Under the pieces are notes generated by a model that searched no databases, was not told the origin of the DNA, and saw nothing but the letters and a program-made list of their open reading frames with translations. A stretch of DNA of 62,911 nt, the filler included, from Octopus bimaculoides (taxonomy: Eukaryota), in NCBI RefSeq assembly GCF_001194135.2. It is 4 parts of 4 records of this genome, joined end to end, with 100 filler letters (N's around TTAATTAATTAA, not from the genome) between each part and the next. Parts side by side here need not be neighbours in the genome. Positions count along the whole stretch, not along the records: positions 30,196 to 39,622 come from NC_068999.1; positions 39,723 to 56,715 come from NC_068995.1; 2 more parts are not named here. The stretch is one strand, 5' to 3'. The translations under genes and the position numbers were made by a program. Below, piece after piece: positions 39,318 to 53,500 of the stretch (its first letter is position 1; each line of letters starts with the position of its first letter).

Positions 39318-39622
39318 TTCAGTAGTTTTATTTTTATAACGTGCTTTCACTTCACTACCGAGCGCAGCTCTGTGCGCCTTGGGTATGTGCTGTGGTTTGC
39401 TGTGGTGCTCTTATGTTTACTGTATTGAAAGTGTTTTGCGTAGAATGTGTGCAGTACCCAGTAGTGCAATTTTCTGTATGTTATATATATTTGTAAGTCC
39501 TGGTGTTTTTGTTATGTATTTGTCTGAATATTTTTTTATTATACCTAAGGCACCTACTATGATAGGAATTGTTTCTGTTTTTAGATTCCACATTCGAGTT
39601 ATCTCTATTTCCAGGTCTTTGT
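39318..39622 (-). mobile_element. 3' end of a second R4/Dong-like LINE subfamily with (TAA)n tail, truncated by a scaffold join
   Basis: KDLEIEITRMWNLKTETIPIIVGALGIIKK..IQKIALLGTAHILRKTLSIQ* uninterrupted. Confidence 0.85.
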
Positions 39623-39790
39623 NNNNNNNNNNNNNNNNNNNNNNNNNNNNNNNNNNNNNNNNNNNNTTAATTAATTAANNNNNNNNNNNNNNNNNNNNNN
39701 NNNNNNNNNNNNNNNNNNNNNNATATATATATATATATATACACACATATATATATATATGTATGTATATGCCGTTACATACCCACATAG

Positions 39791-39821
<31 letters not shown>

Positions 39822-40510
39822 TATATGTGTGCGTGTTTGCATGTCGTTGCATGTACACACTCATATGGGTATATGAAGCAAAAATGACCTAAGAGTGATC
39901 GGTGGGATATATTTGAGCAACAAAGACGATTAAGATTATATTAAACACCATACAAGATAAATTCTTGATTCATAGAAAATCGAACAAACGCTTTGTGGAA
40001 CACACACACATACGCGCAGACACAGACAGACAGACACACACACACATACATCGAATTGCGCCCAAAGGAACACAATTGTAATGTTCATTTTGCATTTATC
40101 TGGGTTGCTTTTCATTCGAGATTATGGCAGTATAAGCTCCCACAAACTGTTTAAATAAGAAGGTAGCGTTTGAAGGCTTTTGCTAGGAAGGTCGTGTTCC
40201 TTAGTGTCGGCTATATAGACCTCAACTTTATGATGTGTACGGTCGATCACTTTCCGCTTCAGCCAAGCCCACATCAACTTCTTCACGTCTCATTTGGAAG
40301 GAAAACTGAGGGTGGAGAGATAGGTACTATCTCCCCGTAAATTTGTTGAATGATGGGTGAATGTAGCGAAAATGCGCTTGGAATTTACGGAAGGCAGAAG
40401 AATTCATGCTATAGTGCACCTGGTGAGCAGGGCGACTCGGGATCTGTGGGGATCCTTAGTCGTTGCTGGGTGACGCTCTCCCCTACTGGTGATCTTCATT
40501 GTTTTGCATA

Positions 40511-40922
40511 CTCTTTTACTCTTTTACTTGTTTTAGTCTTTTGACTGCGGCCATGCTGGAGCACCGCCTTTAGTCGAGCAAATCGACCCCGGGACTTATT
40601 CTTTGTAAGCCTAGTACTTATTCAATCGGTCTCTTTTTGCCGAACCGCTAAGTGACGGGGACATAAACAAACCAGCATCGGTTGTCAAGCAATGCTAGGA
40701 GGACAAACACAGACACACAAACACACACACACACACATATATATATATACATACATATATACGACGGGCTTCTTTCAGTTTCCGTCTACCAAATCCACTC
40801 ACGAGGCTTTGGTCGGCCCGAGGCTATAGTAAAAGACACTTGCCCAAGGTGCCACGCAGTGGGACTGAACCCGGAACCATGTGGTTGGTAAGCAAGCCAC
40901 TTACCACACAGCCACTCCTGCG
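40511..40922 (-). mobile_element. SINE family A, full-length and well preserved
   Basis: A box TGGCTGTGTGG (40904-40914), B box GGTTCAGTCCC (40861-40871), ggcaccttgggcaagtg reminiscent of the CORE-SINE core, internal (AT)/(TG) tract and (AAAAGAGT)-type tail. Confidence 0.92.
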
Positions 40923-41020
40923 CATGTTTATTGTTTTTATTGTTTACAAGTATTTTATGTAAACTCCGATGTCCCTTCTTTTGTATCATCCGTTTGTTTT
41001 GTGTGCAGCACTTGTGCCTT

Positions 41021-41190
41021 CGCAGAATTGTTAGCAGAATGTTCTGAGTTCAAATTCCGCCGTGGTCGACTTTGCCTTTCATCCTTTGAAGATCGATGAA
41101 ATAAGTACCATTTGCGTACTGGGGTCGATATAATCGACTAGCCCATCCCCCAAAATTTCAGGCCTTGTGCATTTAGTAGAAAGGATTATT
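41021..41190 (+). mobile_element. SINE family B
   Basis: gttctgagttcaaattccgccg..ctttcatcctt..gtactggggtcgat..ggccttgtgc, ending in an (ATT)n tail. Confidence 0.85.
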
Positions 41191-41284
41191 ATTATATAAA
41201 TAATCCTAATCATTATTATTATATAAATCATTATTATTATTATATAATCATTATTATTATATAGATATTCCTAATCAAGCTAAA

Positions 41285-41700
41285 GCTTGATTTCGGAGCA
41301 CTTCGAGCTGTTGCGGTTAGTTTAGTTTTTTGGACATCGTGTATATTCTATTTTCCAGGTACTTTATCAATGAAGACTGAAGACTCTTTTGTAACCATTC
41401 CTACTACTACTGGTAAACTGACTGTTTTCAGTTTCTACATCCTGCTGATTTCTATCTCTAGGTCATTGTATTTAGCTAACTTTTCGAATTCTTTGACAAA
41501 TATTTTATTATTTAGCTGGTACTGTCATGTCTGTTAGATAGCAGGCATTTTGTCGATGATCTTTGATAATAATATCAGGTTTATTGGCATTTATCAGTCT
41601 GTCAATATTGATGGTGAAGTCTCACAGAATAGTAACTCTACTTCTACTTGTGACTTTGACGTTATCATTTACATCTAAGTTCAGTCATCTTTTATTCTTC
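41285..41700 (-). mobile_element. R4/Dong/NeSL-type LINE restriction-like endonuclease fragment
   Basis: ILWDFTINIDRLINANKPDIIIKD..CYLTDMTVP..EKLAKYNDLEIEISRM (PD..D RLE motif). Confidence 0.8.
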
Positions 41701-41724
41701 TCTGCTTCTTTAATGACAGAATGT

Positions 41725-42260
41725 AAATTTTGTTTCCTTCGTTTTGACTTGCTAAATCACGCCGAATGGAAAATGCTTCTGAGAGCCAAATCCAAAAATG
41801 CTTTGGGCGCGTGTAGGAACAGAAGACCTACATCAACCGAAGAGAGAAGTTTGGGTCTACTGAGGTTAGATTTAGGACTGAAGAAGCCAAGTATCATTCC
41901 GAGACGACTCTGAGGAATGAAGACTTCTTAATCCCTAGGTATCGCGGCCAACGGGAGTTGAACGTGCCACCAGAAATATCCATCACCTGGCTAGTGGTGG
42001 CTGTTTTGGCAGGCATAAAAGAAGACAATGTGACAATTTTGAAGGTAAAGAAAATAGCTAAACAAAACTGGTCAGGTATAGGTATGGAATTGACATTACA
42101 ATTTAAGTAAGCTTATATCGAGTAGCTGCCCGATCTAACCGATCTCCCAGATGATACTCACCTGTCAGTGTTAGTGGCAAGTAGAAAATCAAGATGCTAA
42201 ATATGTGTAAGTATGACTTACTAAAGGGCTTTCTGCTCTGAAACAAGAAAAACTAAACTC
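41725..42260 (+). mobile_element. L1/Tx1-type LINE ORF1 remnant ending at a degenerate CCHC knuckle
   Basis: NVPPEISITWLVVAVL..GIGMELTLQ..LPDDTHLSVLV..RKSRC*IC(G)..LK(A)FC. Confidence 0.6.
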
Positions 42261-43478
42261 CCACATTTCCGTGCACTCAAATTACTCTTCCAGTCCCCCA
42301 CTAGTGCTAAAGTGCGATAGGTTCCCAGGACTGTTTCTAGACGCCTGAAGAATTTTGGCCTTCCAGCGCTTGTCGGGGCATATACGGCCACCAATCTAAA
42401 TGCACCACTTTCACTGCCATACACGTTTTGGACCACCATCTCACTGCCCGGATCTAAGACTGCCCTAACTTTGAAACCTAAGCATTTTCGGAATAACACT
42501 GCTACACCACCACCCGTTCCCGACAGACCACAAAATGAGAATATATCGTAGTCTTTGAAAATGGATGCTAGAGCATGCTTCCCAGAAATCCTTGTCTCAC
42601 TAATGGCTGTCACATCTAAATCAAAGAACCTGAGGTCGTTGAGTAGGTGACCCTGTTTCCAAACCGAACCAAGGCCCATATCATTTATACATCCTACTCT
42701 AAGCGTAATCATTTAACTTAGAGAAAAGAAAATGGAGTTACATAACTTGGGCTTCAGGTATGACTATTTTCGCAGATTTCTTTTTGGTCGAGGTGGGAGT
42801 GGGAAGGGATTTTCTACAAAGTTGTTTTTGGTGGGTACTTACTAAACTCTCCAACGTCTTGATGAAAATTTTGTTTCAAATCCAGATATGTATCCGTATC
42901 TGTTTGGATTAGTATCCTGTCCGATGTAGTTTTCGGGAGGAGTCCCGCAAAACCTACTTCACTTGTTACATGTTTTTGTTATCAATTACTTACTTAATCA
43001 ATTCAAAGTTGCTCTTCTTAACATCATTGAAGTTGATGAAGGAAGTACGTAATCGAGACTGTGACTGTTCGATATTTTGTTTTCGTGTTATTTTTTGTCG
43101 TTGTGAATGTTTATAAACATAGGTTTTCTTGTGATGAAGATGTTGATGTTAGTGTTGATTTGTTTTTAAATTGGTAGTGTGACGGTTTTTATTTTTTACC
43201 GTCATGTCTTAGGGCCCTCAATTTTGGCCGGTCTATATTTACTTCAGATCCAGTTTTTCTCTTATCCTCGACAAAAGCCTTTTGGTGCGATGTTAATGAG
43301 GCTTTTGCTTTTGTGAGACCTGAGTCTGAGGAAAGAGGTAGTAGTTTTGTCGACACCTTGAAGAGTTGTTAGTAACTGTGTAGAGCTTCGTGCTTTCTCC
43401 ACCGCGGGCTTTGAGGTGGTTCGTATTCCCAAACACAAATACTTCAGTTTTTTTCCCTTCTATATAAACAGGCATATG
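42260..43478 (-). mobile_element. Inverted segment of an L1/Tx1-type LINE (ORF1 C-terminus to APE endonuclease)
   Basis: ORF 42712-42221 gives an APE start (LRVGCIN, AISETR, GGGVAVLF, LVAVYAP, VGDW). Upstream lie the knuckle remnant VYIEGKK..GNTNHLKAR and a low-complexity ORF1 tail. Confidence 0.88.
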
Positions 43479-46280
43479 TTCGATTGGTGGCTGTATATGC
43501 TCCGACAGGCGCTGGAAGGCCAGATTTCTTCAGGGGTGTAGAAACACTCTTGGGAACCTCTCGCACTTTAGTATTAGTGGGGGACTGGAATAGAATTTTG
43601 AATGCGTGGAAGGATTGTGCCGGTTTAGTATATAGTATATAGAGGGGGGATGGCAGTAAAAATCTCGAAACCTGCGCAGAAACTTCCAGCTGTCTGACAG
43701 TTATCGACTAGATTTTCCTGGTGTGCCAGTGTAGACATGGATCATCCAGATCGTATTTAGACAGAGTATTTGTTTTGTTAGATGATAGGGATACCATTGG
43801 TTGTTCACAATTTAAATTGGTCGGCTACACAGATCACAAATTTCTGATAGGCACAGTTGATTTAGATAGCACCCGTAGACAGGGACCTGGTTACTGGAAG
43901 TTAAATGCATCTTTCCGGCACGTAAAGATTACAGGGGTGGAATTGGCGAACTAATTTAGCAATTGATAGTAGCAGACGCGAGATTCTGCGAAAAGTCGAT
44001 TACTCGGCTGAAATACGGGTGGTGATGAGCGATTTCCCAAGTCGCAAATCGCCCGGTTTAGATGGTTAGTCGGGATGTGGTGACACTGCTGAAGAATGAC
44101 GTTGACATTGGGGGCGTACTAGGACATTTTTGGCCCATAACTCTGCTAAGCACCGAGTTTAAGATTTTGGCCAAGGTGTTAGCGAGAAGGTTGGCGCTTA
44201 TCGTTGATAGTCTAGTAGGGGAATCACAAATTTGCGCATTCTCGAACATGTCTATTCACGACAAACTCCACCTTATGCGATACATCATAGTGAGGATCGG
44301 GACTAAAGCTGGCTTCGGTGGGGCCCTAAGCAATTTGGATTAATCGAAAGCATTCGATAGGGACTTAGAAGCTGTCCTTAAAGCGACCTGTTTGGGTCTC
44401 GTTTTCAGAGGCTGGATCGTTGCAATGCATAACGGCACCTGCTTGGTGGTCAAAGTAAACGGCCATCTTTCGGAACCCTTTTGCATCACACGCCTAGTCC
44501 GTCAGGGCTGCCCGCTGTCATCTCTTCTGTATGTGCTGGCTTTCGAGTCACTGCTGCAGAAGCTGGAACAGTTAAGAGGTCTGCCTTTCGAAATTGGACT
44601 CGGGAGGGCAGTGTCGGCATACACGGACGACGTCATCGTCATGGTATGGGACGACTCAGAAGTGGAGACGTTTGGCTTCATTCTAGAGGAATATGAGTCG
44701 GTTGCATGGGCCAAAATCAACGCTGAGAAGTCGGTGGGCTTGCGACTGAGCACCTGGAGAGGCAGGTCTATACCGTCAGACGTTAGATTGACGAACCTGT
44801 TAAACTGCTCGGGATTTGGTTCGGTCCCTACCTCCAGGTGGATAAGAACGAGGACGAGGTGACGAACAGGGTGGCCAGTCTTACCCAGAAATGGGCAGAG
44901 AGGAAGATGTCCTTGAAAGGTCAGGCAGAGGTGGTGAATGCCTACATCACCTCTGCCATCATTTATCGTCATCATTTATCCATCAACATTTTTTCGTCAT
45001 CATTTATCGTCTGGCAGAGGTGCCTTTCCCCGGTTATTGCTTGATCAAGTTGGAGCATCTCTTGTTCATTTTCTTATGGAAGGGATGCGTTCCAATGGTT
45101 AGGTGGTCAGTCTGCTGCTAGCTCCATCTGAATGGGGGCTTGAGCACGCAGTGGCTTTTGATGTGAAGACAAGTACACAGGTTGTGCCACCTGCAACGAT
45201 TTCTAGAAGATTAACGTGTGTGGGCTCCGTTTGTGAGGCACATCTTTCTGCAACTCGTCTCTTTGACGGAGTTGCAGTTTGGGTGAAGGATAGACCAAGA
45301 CTGGGCGTCTGGCACTTAAAATGTCGTCAGTTACTCACTGTCCTCTACAAGATGGGCACTAGGATCGGGGGGATGTTCTACTTTAGCTATATATAGAGGA
45401 TTAGTAACGGGGAAATGCGATGACGTCCTAGGGGAGATTCCCAGAGTCGACGAAGAGGAACTGGCTAGTCTGTTCCGGAGGACGTTTCGGTCGGGGACTA
45501 CTATGAATAATTTCCAGATTATTTGGCTTGGCAGTGCTACCGGCGGGGGTGGAGCGCCACCGGTTCGAGATAAACTCTATAGTCACGGATATACTGACAG
45601 ACGGGCTTGTTCGAGGTGCACGTAGAGCGACGAAACCGTTCTGCATGCACTCGTTCAGTGTCCAGGCATCGCTGACTTGAGGAGTTATGTCGAACAGCAG
45701 CTGTCGCATGTGGGACGGATCCGTCTGTCATTGAATCCATAATGATGATTGCCTCGCTGCCCACCTTTAACTGGGCAGGCAAGGCAGTTTTCTTTTGTCT
45801 GGTGGCTGTGGCGAAAGAGGTTGTCTGGTGGACGAGGCTGAAAGGAATGAGGCTAGAAACATTCCTCTTTGGTAAAACCCTCATCGACTTTCTCAAATTA
45901 GTGTGGAGTGGGAGATGCTGTCCGCGACTGAATTTATGAAAAGGTGGGTTAAAGTTGCGAAAATGGCAAGAGGGGATGGTACTACTCTCAGTGTAGATCT
46001 GTGAATCGGAAGAAAGGAGTTGGAAAGGGCACTTGTCCTTGGTATCCAAGGTGATGTTGGGGTTTCTCGACATCCTTAGATGTATCAGGAGGACCCCATC
46101 ACTATCCTTTTTTTTTCTTGGTGCCGTATACTATGTATATTTCCCTTCTTTTAATGTATACCGTGTATACTTTTTTATTATTCCATTATATGTGAACCAC
46201 CCCACTTTATGTTTGTCTTTGTATTGTCCCCCTCATCCTTCGCCCCGGTGGAAAATAAAAGAAATCTTTATTATTATTTT
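43479..46280 (+). mobile_element. L1/Tx1-type LINE, mid-endonuclease to 3' end, decayed with internal deletions
   Basis: RLVAVYAPT..VGDWN, SYLDR, YTDH, GPGYWKLN, then RT motifs PITLLSTEFKILAKVL, LD*SKAFDR, RQGCPLS, YTDD; C-terminal region and 3' UTR ending aataaaagaaatctttattattatt. Confidence 0.92.
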
Positions 46281-47387
46281 TATCACTGGCGTCGATGTAA
46301 TCGACTAATCCCCTTCCCCCAAATTTCAGGCCTTGTGCCTTGTGCCTATAGCAGAAAGGATGGATCTTTTCTGTTTGGATGAGAGCGGCTCCAAAAATTA
46401 AAGTTTACCGAAAATTTTTTAATTTGTTACAATAATACACTTGTCTAAACTGAATTGCTGGAGTTATTTCATTTTTTCCAGAGAAATGTTTTAAAACAGT
46501 TATAGAAGTTTAAAGTTTGATCATTTTCATCCCGTCAGGAAACAGGATTTGGAAGCTGTCATTTTGTGTGTGACTGCACATTTTGTCAACATCCTGAACA
46601 TAGCACGTGTTGTCAATATTTGCGAACAACGCGTTATGCGTCCGGTAATTTTCTTTCGTGCAAATGAATCTTTATGTTAATTTAAAAGAGAAAAACAGTT
46701 AGTTTAAAATTTCTGAGCGAGATGCTGGCAAATAAACTTTAATTTAAAATATTTATCCAAAAAATTTTACTTAGCTGTTATTTTTAGCACACCTCACAAC
46801 TACCTCAATGTTCAATGACAAAAAGAAACAAGCATTAAACAAACAATTTAAATATGTTTAATTACAGTTTAAATATGCATACAGAAAAGCCTATCTGGTC
46901 TCGCGGCACACACCTCCGAAAACCCACTGCTCAGGCAGGACCCTTCCTCGGTTGATTGCTCTTAACACGTGCTTCCTCTAAGACTTTTCAACGACTGTTA
47001 CTATGGCAACAGGCAAAAGAATTCTTTGTACTATTGAAGCAGACATGAATGTGTCTGTAGCTTACGATTGGCTAAAATTACCCCAAATTTTCAAAATTTA
47101 ATTGCAAATAACTTTTTATTGATTGATTTATAGCGAAAATGATTTTCATGTCATTCATTAACCTATAAAAGTGTATCATTACACTAAATATGAAATCAAT
47201 TCGAACAGAAAATTTACGCTGGAAGCCGCTGGCAACCAAACAGGGAAGATACGAAATGATTATTATTATTATTGTTTTACTTCTGAGAACGTTCAGTCTT
47301 GTTTGCTCTGGTAAATTCTGTGAGAGTGGACAACAGCCTGGATCTCTTTCCCCATTATTATTATTATTATTATTATTATTATCATCA

Positions 47388-47448
<61 letters not shown>

Positions 47449-47449
<1 letters not shown>

Positions 47450-48003
47450 GAGTGAGAGAGCAGTGCATGCCATCAAAGTGACACTGGGGCAAAATATACG
47501 AAGCCCATTATACCCATCATGACTACCCGTCTGATAAGGGTACACCAGACCCATGCATCACAACCATATGTGCGTGACATGGTGATCTTATATCAAGATA
47601 AACAGCGCATGACCTCGCAGGTGGGGCCCAGTTAGAATTTTCTTCAGGTTGAGTAGCCCATTCCGCTCAAAAGGTCCCTGAATAAGGTTTGTTTAAGGAT
47701 GTTGAGCAAAACACCCATGTTTCCAAAGGTGAATTATTCAAACCGCAAAGAATTCCTCTCAACACATGGCTATGATGCTCCCCCACTACTTCTGCTCATA
47801 ATCAGAGAAGCACATATCGTCAGCCACCAAGGGACATGCTCAACTGGTTAAGGTCAAACAACTGACAAGCAAATCTGTAGTATTAAGCAGAATATTTGCT
47901 GTAGCCCATCTTTTATACCAAGACAAAACAACGTACATGATAACACTTCCAATCAATTAAGATCAGAAGCCATGAAACCCACTGCCTGGTATTGCATCAG
48001 GGC
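47449..48003 (-). mobile_element. ~555-bp non-coding element bracketed by (AAT)n/(AAC)n (second copy)
   Basis: Reverse complement aligns end to end with 21285-21808. Confidence 0.82.
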
Positions 48004-48005
48004 AT

Positions 48006-48176
<171 letters not shown>

Positions 48177-48177
48177 A

Positions 48178-48395
48178 GGTGGTATTCTGGCAGAATCGTG
48201 AAGACCTTGGACAGAATGCCAAGCGATACTTCTCTTGACTTTTAAACTTCTGAGTTCAAATCTCACCGAGATCAACTTCACCGTTCATCGTTTTACGGTG
48301 GTGGGATAAAATAAAGTACCAGTCGAGTTTTAAGATCGATGTAATCGACTAACTGCCTCCTTAAAATTTCCGGCCTTGTGCCTAAATCAGAAACA
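48178..48395 (+). mobile_element. SINE family B (diverged, full length)
   Basis: ctggcagaatcg..ttctgagttcaaat..taaagtaccag..gatgtaatcgact..ggccttgtgcc. Confidence 0.75.
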
Positions 48396-49226
48396 TTATT
48401 ATTGTTGTTTAAGCTGATGTTTTCTTCCAAATCTTGTGGCTGCTGTTCATTGTCATCATCATTATCGTCGTTTTCGTTGTTATTGTTGTTGTCGTCAGCA
48501 CTGTCGCCGTCGTTCTTGTTGTCATCATCTCTTATGCTGCTGCTGCCATCGGCGTCGTCGTTGTTTGTTCTAGGAGCGAAAATCAGTAAACAACATTTTC
48601 ATTTTAAATTAGAGACGTCAGTCGTAAAGTGTGTGATGATGGCGGTTCAAGGAACAGCAAATATGTTCAAGGAACAGAAAATATGCAGAAAATATCCATA
48701 CTCCCAACCCAACCAATCAGCAAGGATGATGTGGCACAGAAAAGGAGGACACACACACGCACACATAGACAAACACACACAAAACAACCTGTCAAATAAC
48801 AACCTTAAGTAAAACTGAATACCAAGATCAAACAGAAATGTTTAATCAATCGAGGCGTCGGTGTCTTTGATCTTTGCAAGTTTTGTTTATCCAGCTTCCA
48901 TTTGCCATTGAATATGTCTGTCTACCTATCTGCCTGCCTGCTTGCCGCTCGCTCTCTTCCGGTTTCTTTTTTCCCTTCTTTCTCATTTTAGTTTTATTTT
49001 TCTTTGGATGATTTCAAAACCTTGTACAACCGATGATTAAGATGATACCCACCATCCTCTTCATTGCGTTACATATCTCCTTCATTCATCATCATCATTA
49101 CTTGCATCAACAGTATTACTGAAATCACCAATATATGATCACGAACATCGCCTGCAGTATTAGAACAACTATAACAAGCAACAACAGTTACTTCTGTTAT
49201 TGCTGTTGTTGTTGTTGCTGCTGCTG

Positions 49227-49295
<69 letters not shown>

Positions 49296-51482
49296 ATCCA
49301 GTACAAAAAAATATTTAGATTTGTTTGTTAAACAGGAATGTTTTCTGTTCAGAAAAAAAGTAAATAGAAATAAAATATAAAATGAAACATGTTTACTTGC
49401 TTATCAAAATATGTTTCAAATATATATATTTAATCCACTGTGTATTTTCGTTATTATTTATCTATATATTTACTTATTTGAAGTAGCAATCAGAACTTGC
49501 AAAATAAGTGTATGTTATAATTGTTTACTCTATCTATGACTTCTATATATTGAGATCAAAGTAAGAAGTATCATTTCCCATATATTTCTCTCTCTCTCCC
49601 ACTCTCTCTCTTTCTCTCTCTCTCCCACTCTCTCTCTTTCTCTCTCTCTCCCACTCTCTCTCTTTCTCTCTCTCTCCNNNNNNNNNNNNNNNNNNNNNNN
49701 NNNNNNNNNNNNNNNNNNNNNNNNNATTTCTCTCTCTCTCCCACTCTCTCTCTTTCTCTCTCTCTCCCACTCTCTCTCTTTCTCTCTCTCTCTCTAAAAA
49801 CCAAAAACAACTTCCCCTAACTATTTCCAAGAAATTTATGATTTTTTAACTTCCAAAATTCATTTAACTGATAAACTATTGAATATCTCACCTTTAGGGA
49901 AAATCTAAAAGTTCTAAAGGTTTAACTTCTCAGGAAAAATAAGCAAAAAAGTGTTTTGTTAAATAACAACGAAGAACTCATCTTTGTTTTTGTCTACTGT
50001 CTTTTGCCTTTCGCTTTCTTTTCTTTTCTTTTTTTCTTGATGACGTAAAGCTTGGTATGGTTGCCTTCCGGATTTAGAGCAAAAATTAAAGCAAGGGATA
50101 AACACACACCCTTCACATATCACGCTAACTCTTTCGTTATCAACATATTACAATTTTTAACTCCAGTTCAAGAGCCAAATTTTTATTGATTATAAATTAA
50201 ATACAGAATATTTTCCTAAACTTATTTAAAAAGTTGAACACGGAGCTAAATTATATTACCTCTGCCATCTTCCTTGCTATACCATCAGAAAAGATTAGCA
50301 GATAAAAGTATATATGACTTTTCCATAGCTCCCGGAAGGGAAATGGATTTGTAAGGATGCTACCGATATATCTTCAATTTCTTTCTTTAACTTCTTTAAC
50401 TGCAAGAAAATATTTGTTGTAGGCGAAACTGAAATATTTGTTCACACATAAGTAAAAACAAGAGTAGCAGTGATGTTATGAACGTATATTCTTATTTGAG
50501 ACTTTGAAGTAGATTTTCACTGCAGTATAGAGACGCAAGAGGGCGGATTGGCACGTCGAAAAGAATACCTCACTTTTATTTGTTTTGACTCTCTGTGATC
50601 TAAGGTCAAATCCAACCACAGATGCTTTGCGATATTGGTTCCGGATCATTGCATTCCCAGTCAACTTCCGCATTGGTGCCTAAAAAGCTTTCAGATCAGC
50701 CTGGCAAGTAAAGCAAATGCCTGAAACAAATACTTTTACCAAGTAAATGTTGCTGGGCGGAGTCGAGAAAGGGGTACAGCTAGATTGACATGTACCTTGG
50801 TAAATGGATGAACATAGACATTACCAATATATTTCTGGTCTGAGTATATCATTTCTTCAATTTGAAGATATTCTTAACTGCTTTATTGTCTGACAACGAC
50901 TACTTTGATTTCCCACTAGACTAAACTGATGAAACTTCCCTTCAGCTACCTATGAACATTATATTCTTTGTTAGGCTGTATCTGCATCTTGTTTCTCCTC
51001 TTAACTACCCCCTCTCACTGTTTCCGTCCGCTTCTTCCAATCCCTATTTCTTCCTCTTCTCTTAAAACTTTTGTATTTGTAGACACAACAAGACAACATG
51101 TTTTTGCTATTCTACTCTTCGAAAGGGAGGCCCAACTTCAGTAATTTCGTTTAGAAACCTATGGCTCACTTATGGCATCATGTAAATATTGCCTATGAAT
51201 ATGGTTATTATGTAAGTTTGCCCTCGTGAAGCAGTTGTGTTTTCTATGTATATTTTTCTTTATTCTATAATCTGTATCTTGGGCCCCATGTAAATATATG
51301 TCTCAAGCCTAACTATGTTCATCTGTATTACCTCTTTCATAAGAGCTATATTTTGATTACTCTTATAACTAGTTTCGATGTTATGGGTTTGCCCTAGATT
51401 TTGAAACTGAAATTTAAGTTCGCATTCATTTGGGCGCCACACTGTTTTGTGTACCGAGCTTGCTTGGATCTCACCCGCTCTC

Positions 51483-51554
<72 letters not shown>

Positions 51555-51668
51555 TCTCTTTCTCTTTCTCTATATATACGTGTATGTGTATGTACATATA
51601 TGCTGAGAAAGAGTGAGAGGGAGAGAGAAAGAAAGAAAGAAAGAAAGAAAGAGAGTGAGAGAGAGAGT

Positions 51669-51710
<42 letters not shown>

Positions 51711-53494
51711 AGGAAGTCTGGAAGAATCTGGAAGGTGAAAATTTTGTTCAGATGTTAGGCTTGAGACATATTCTTAAGTTATATATGTTCCTCAGTCGCT
51801 TCTGTCGAATCGCTTGTATGTGGAGATATGCAATTGTTTAGGTAGGAGGAAGCGTTTTGTTTAAATTATTTTCGATCTTTCCTATTGTAGATTTTGGTTT
51901 GTTATCAGTATTTAGAAAAGACCGATTAGCACCACGAGGTTCGGAATAGCAATTGCTATTTGTTTACAAAGAAAGATGCTTGTTTCGCCGTAAAATACTT
52001 TAAGTTTGAATGAACTTATACCAGTATATTTTTATACGTTTCTTATAGCCGATAGAAAGGCCATCTCGGGCTTTTTTGCAGCACCACAGTAGGTCTTGTT
52101 TTAAACGTAAAGACCAAGTGAAAGGAGACGAGTATTTATGTCATTTTATATAGATTGCATGCGTCGTAGTACTGTTTGTGTTGGTATCAGTGTTGGTGTT
52201 ATAATTATCAATATCAATCATAATCCTACTGGCAAGATTACACATGGTGCAAGATATATTTTGTAATCCGGTCTTAATAAGGCCAGGTTGGTAAATAAGC
52301 GTTTTACTGATACATGTCTAAAGAAATAAACCAGTTGCTGATTTAAGCTGGTTGAGTCTTGTTATGTCTCAAGCTACTGCTATCTAGCACCTTCGGATGA
52401 TCTCTACTCAACCGCTACTCGACTGCTACTCAACAGCTACTCAACACCCCTACCACGGCCACACTACCTCTATTTATATGTCTTGGACGATCCTACTTCC
52501 TCGCTTGGAGGCGTCGACACAACAAGTCTGCATAATTGTGGAAGAAAACGTTCAAAACAGCATTGTAAACGGTGCTCTGCACCTGAATGTCTGATGTTGA
52601 CTGCGCCATATTTCATATATGTATGTATGTATGTATGTATNNNNNNNNNNNNNNNNNNNNNNNNNNNNNNNNNNNNNNNNNNNNNNNNNNNNNNNNNNNN
52701 NNNNNNNNNNNNNNNNNNNNNNNNNNNNNNNNNNNNNNNNTATATAGGGAGCAAGTAATTCACGAGAAAAATAGTTCACGAAAATATAATTTGCGAAGAT
52801 TTAATTGATCCTGTTATTATCTAGTGTAACAAGTTAAAAATGATAATAACAGAATCAACAATATAGGTAATTGCAGGCCCCCAAAAAGGCATTAAATAGC
52901 TGAAGGATTAAAAATGAATCAAAGGACGTACTACCTGCTGGAAATAACAGTCAAAACTCTTATTTCCAGCAGGGAGACATACTTAGTATATCCTTTGGTT
53001 AACTTTTAATACATATATATATATGTGTGTGTGTGTGTGTGCGTTTTGTGCGCGCGCGCGCACGTGTGTATAAAAGAAAGGTGGCACAGGTGGAGAGTTT
53101 GTACAGGACGAAATGAGAAAAAAACAATTATGTGGGTGGGTCATTAAGAATTTTAAAGTCACTGAAGGTGAAAAAGAATAAGTAAAAGAAAAGAAAAAGG
53201 AAATGAAGCAAGACACAAAATAGTTAAGAATCACTGAAAATAAAGCAAAAATGTACTCCGTCAATTTTGACGGATACTACACTAGTAATAATTCTAATAA
53301 TAACCGTGGATACATTACCAACTTTGTTATTTTTATTCACTTTACTCTCTTAAACTGAGGAAATTTATGTGTTCTTATGTTTAGAGAAATCTACTGTCAA
53401 AAGACAAAGTGTTTACAGACAACATAGTTGCTAAACTAGAACAGCTTACTTAAGATTATTGGTAATCCTCGGTCTATTGTAGCCCTAAGTATTT

Positions 53495-53500
53495 TTTATT
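53495..53500 (-). promoter_or_regulatory. Candidate polyadenylation signal (AATAAA) for the Wnt 3' UTR; a second candidate lies at 53332-53337
   Basis: TTTATT on + strand about 380 nt downstream of the Wnt stop. The sequence is AT-rich, so a chance occurrence is likely. Confidence 0.2.

Noticed and set aside
38570-40922. Inverted pair of full-length family A SINEs as a dsRNA substrate
   Set aside because: A scaffold join of unknown size and orientation (39623-39722) lies between them and no host transcript is evident.
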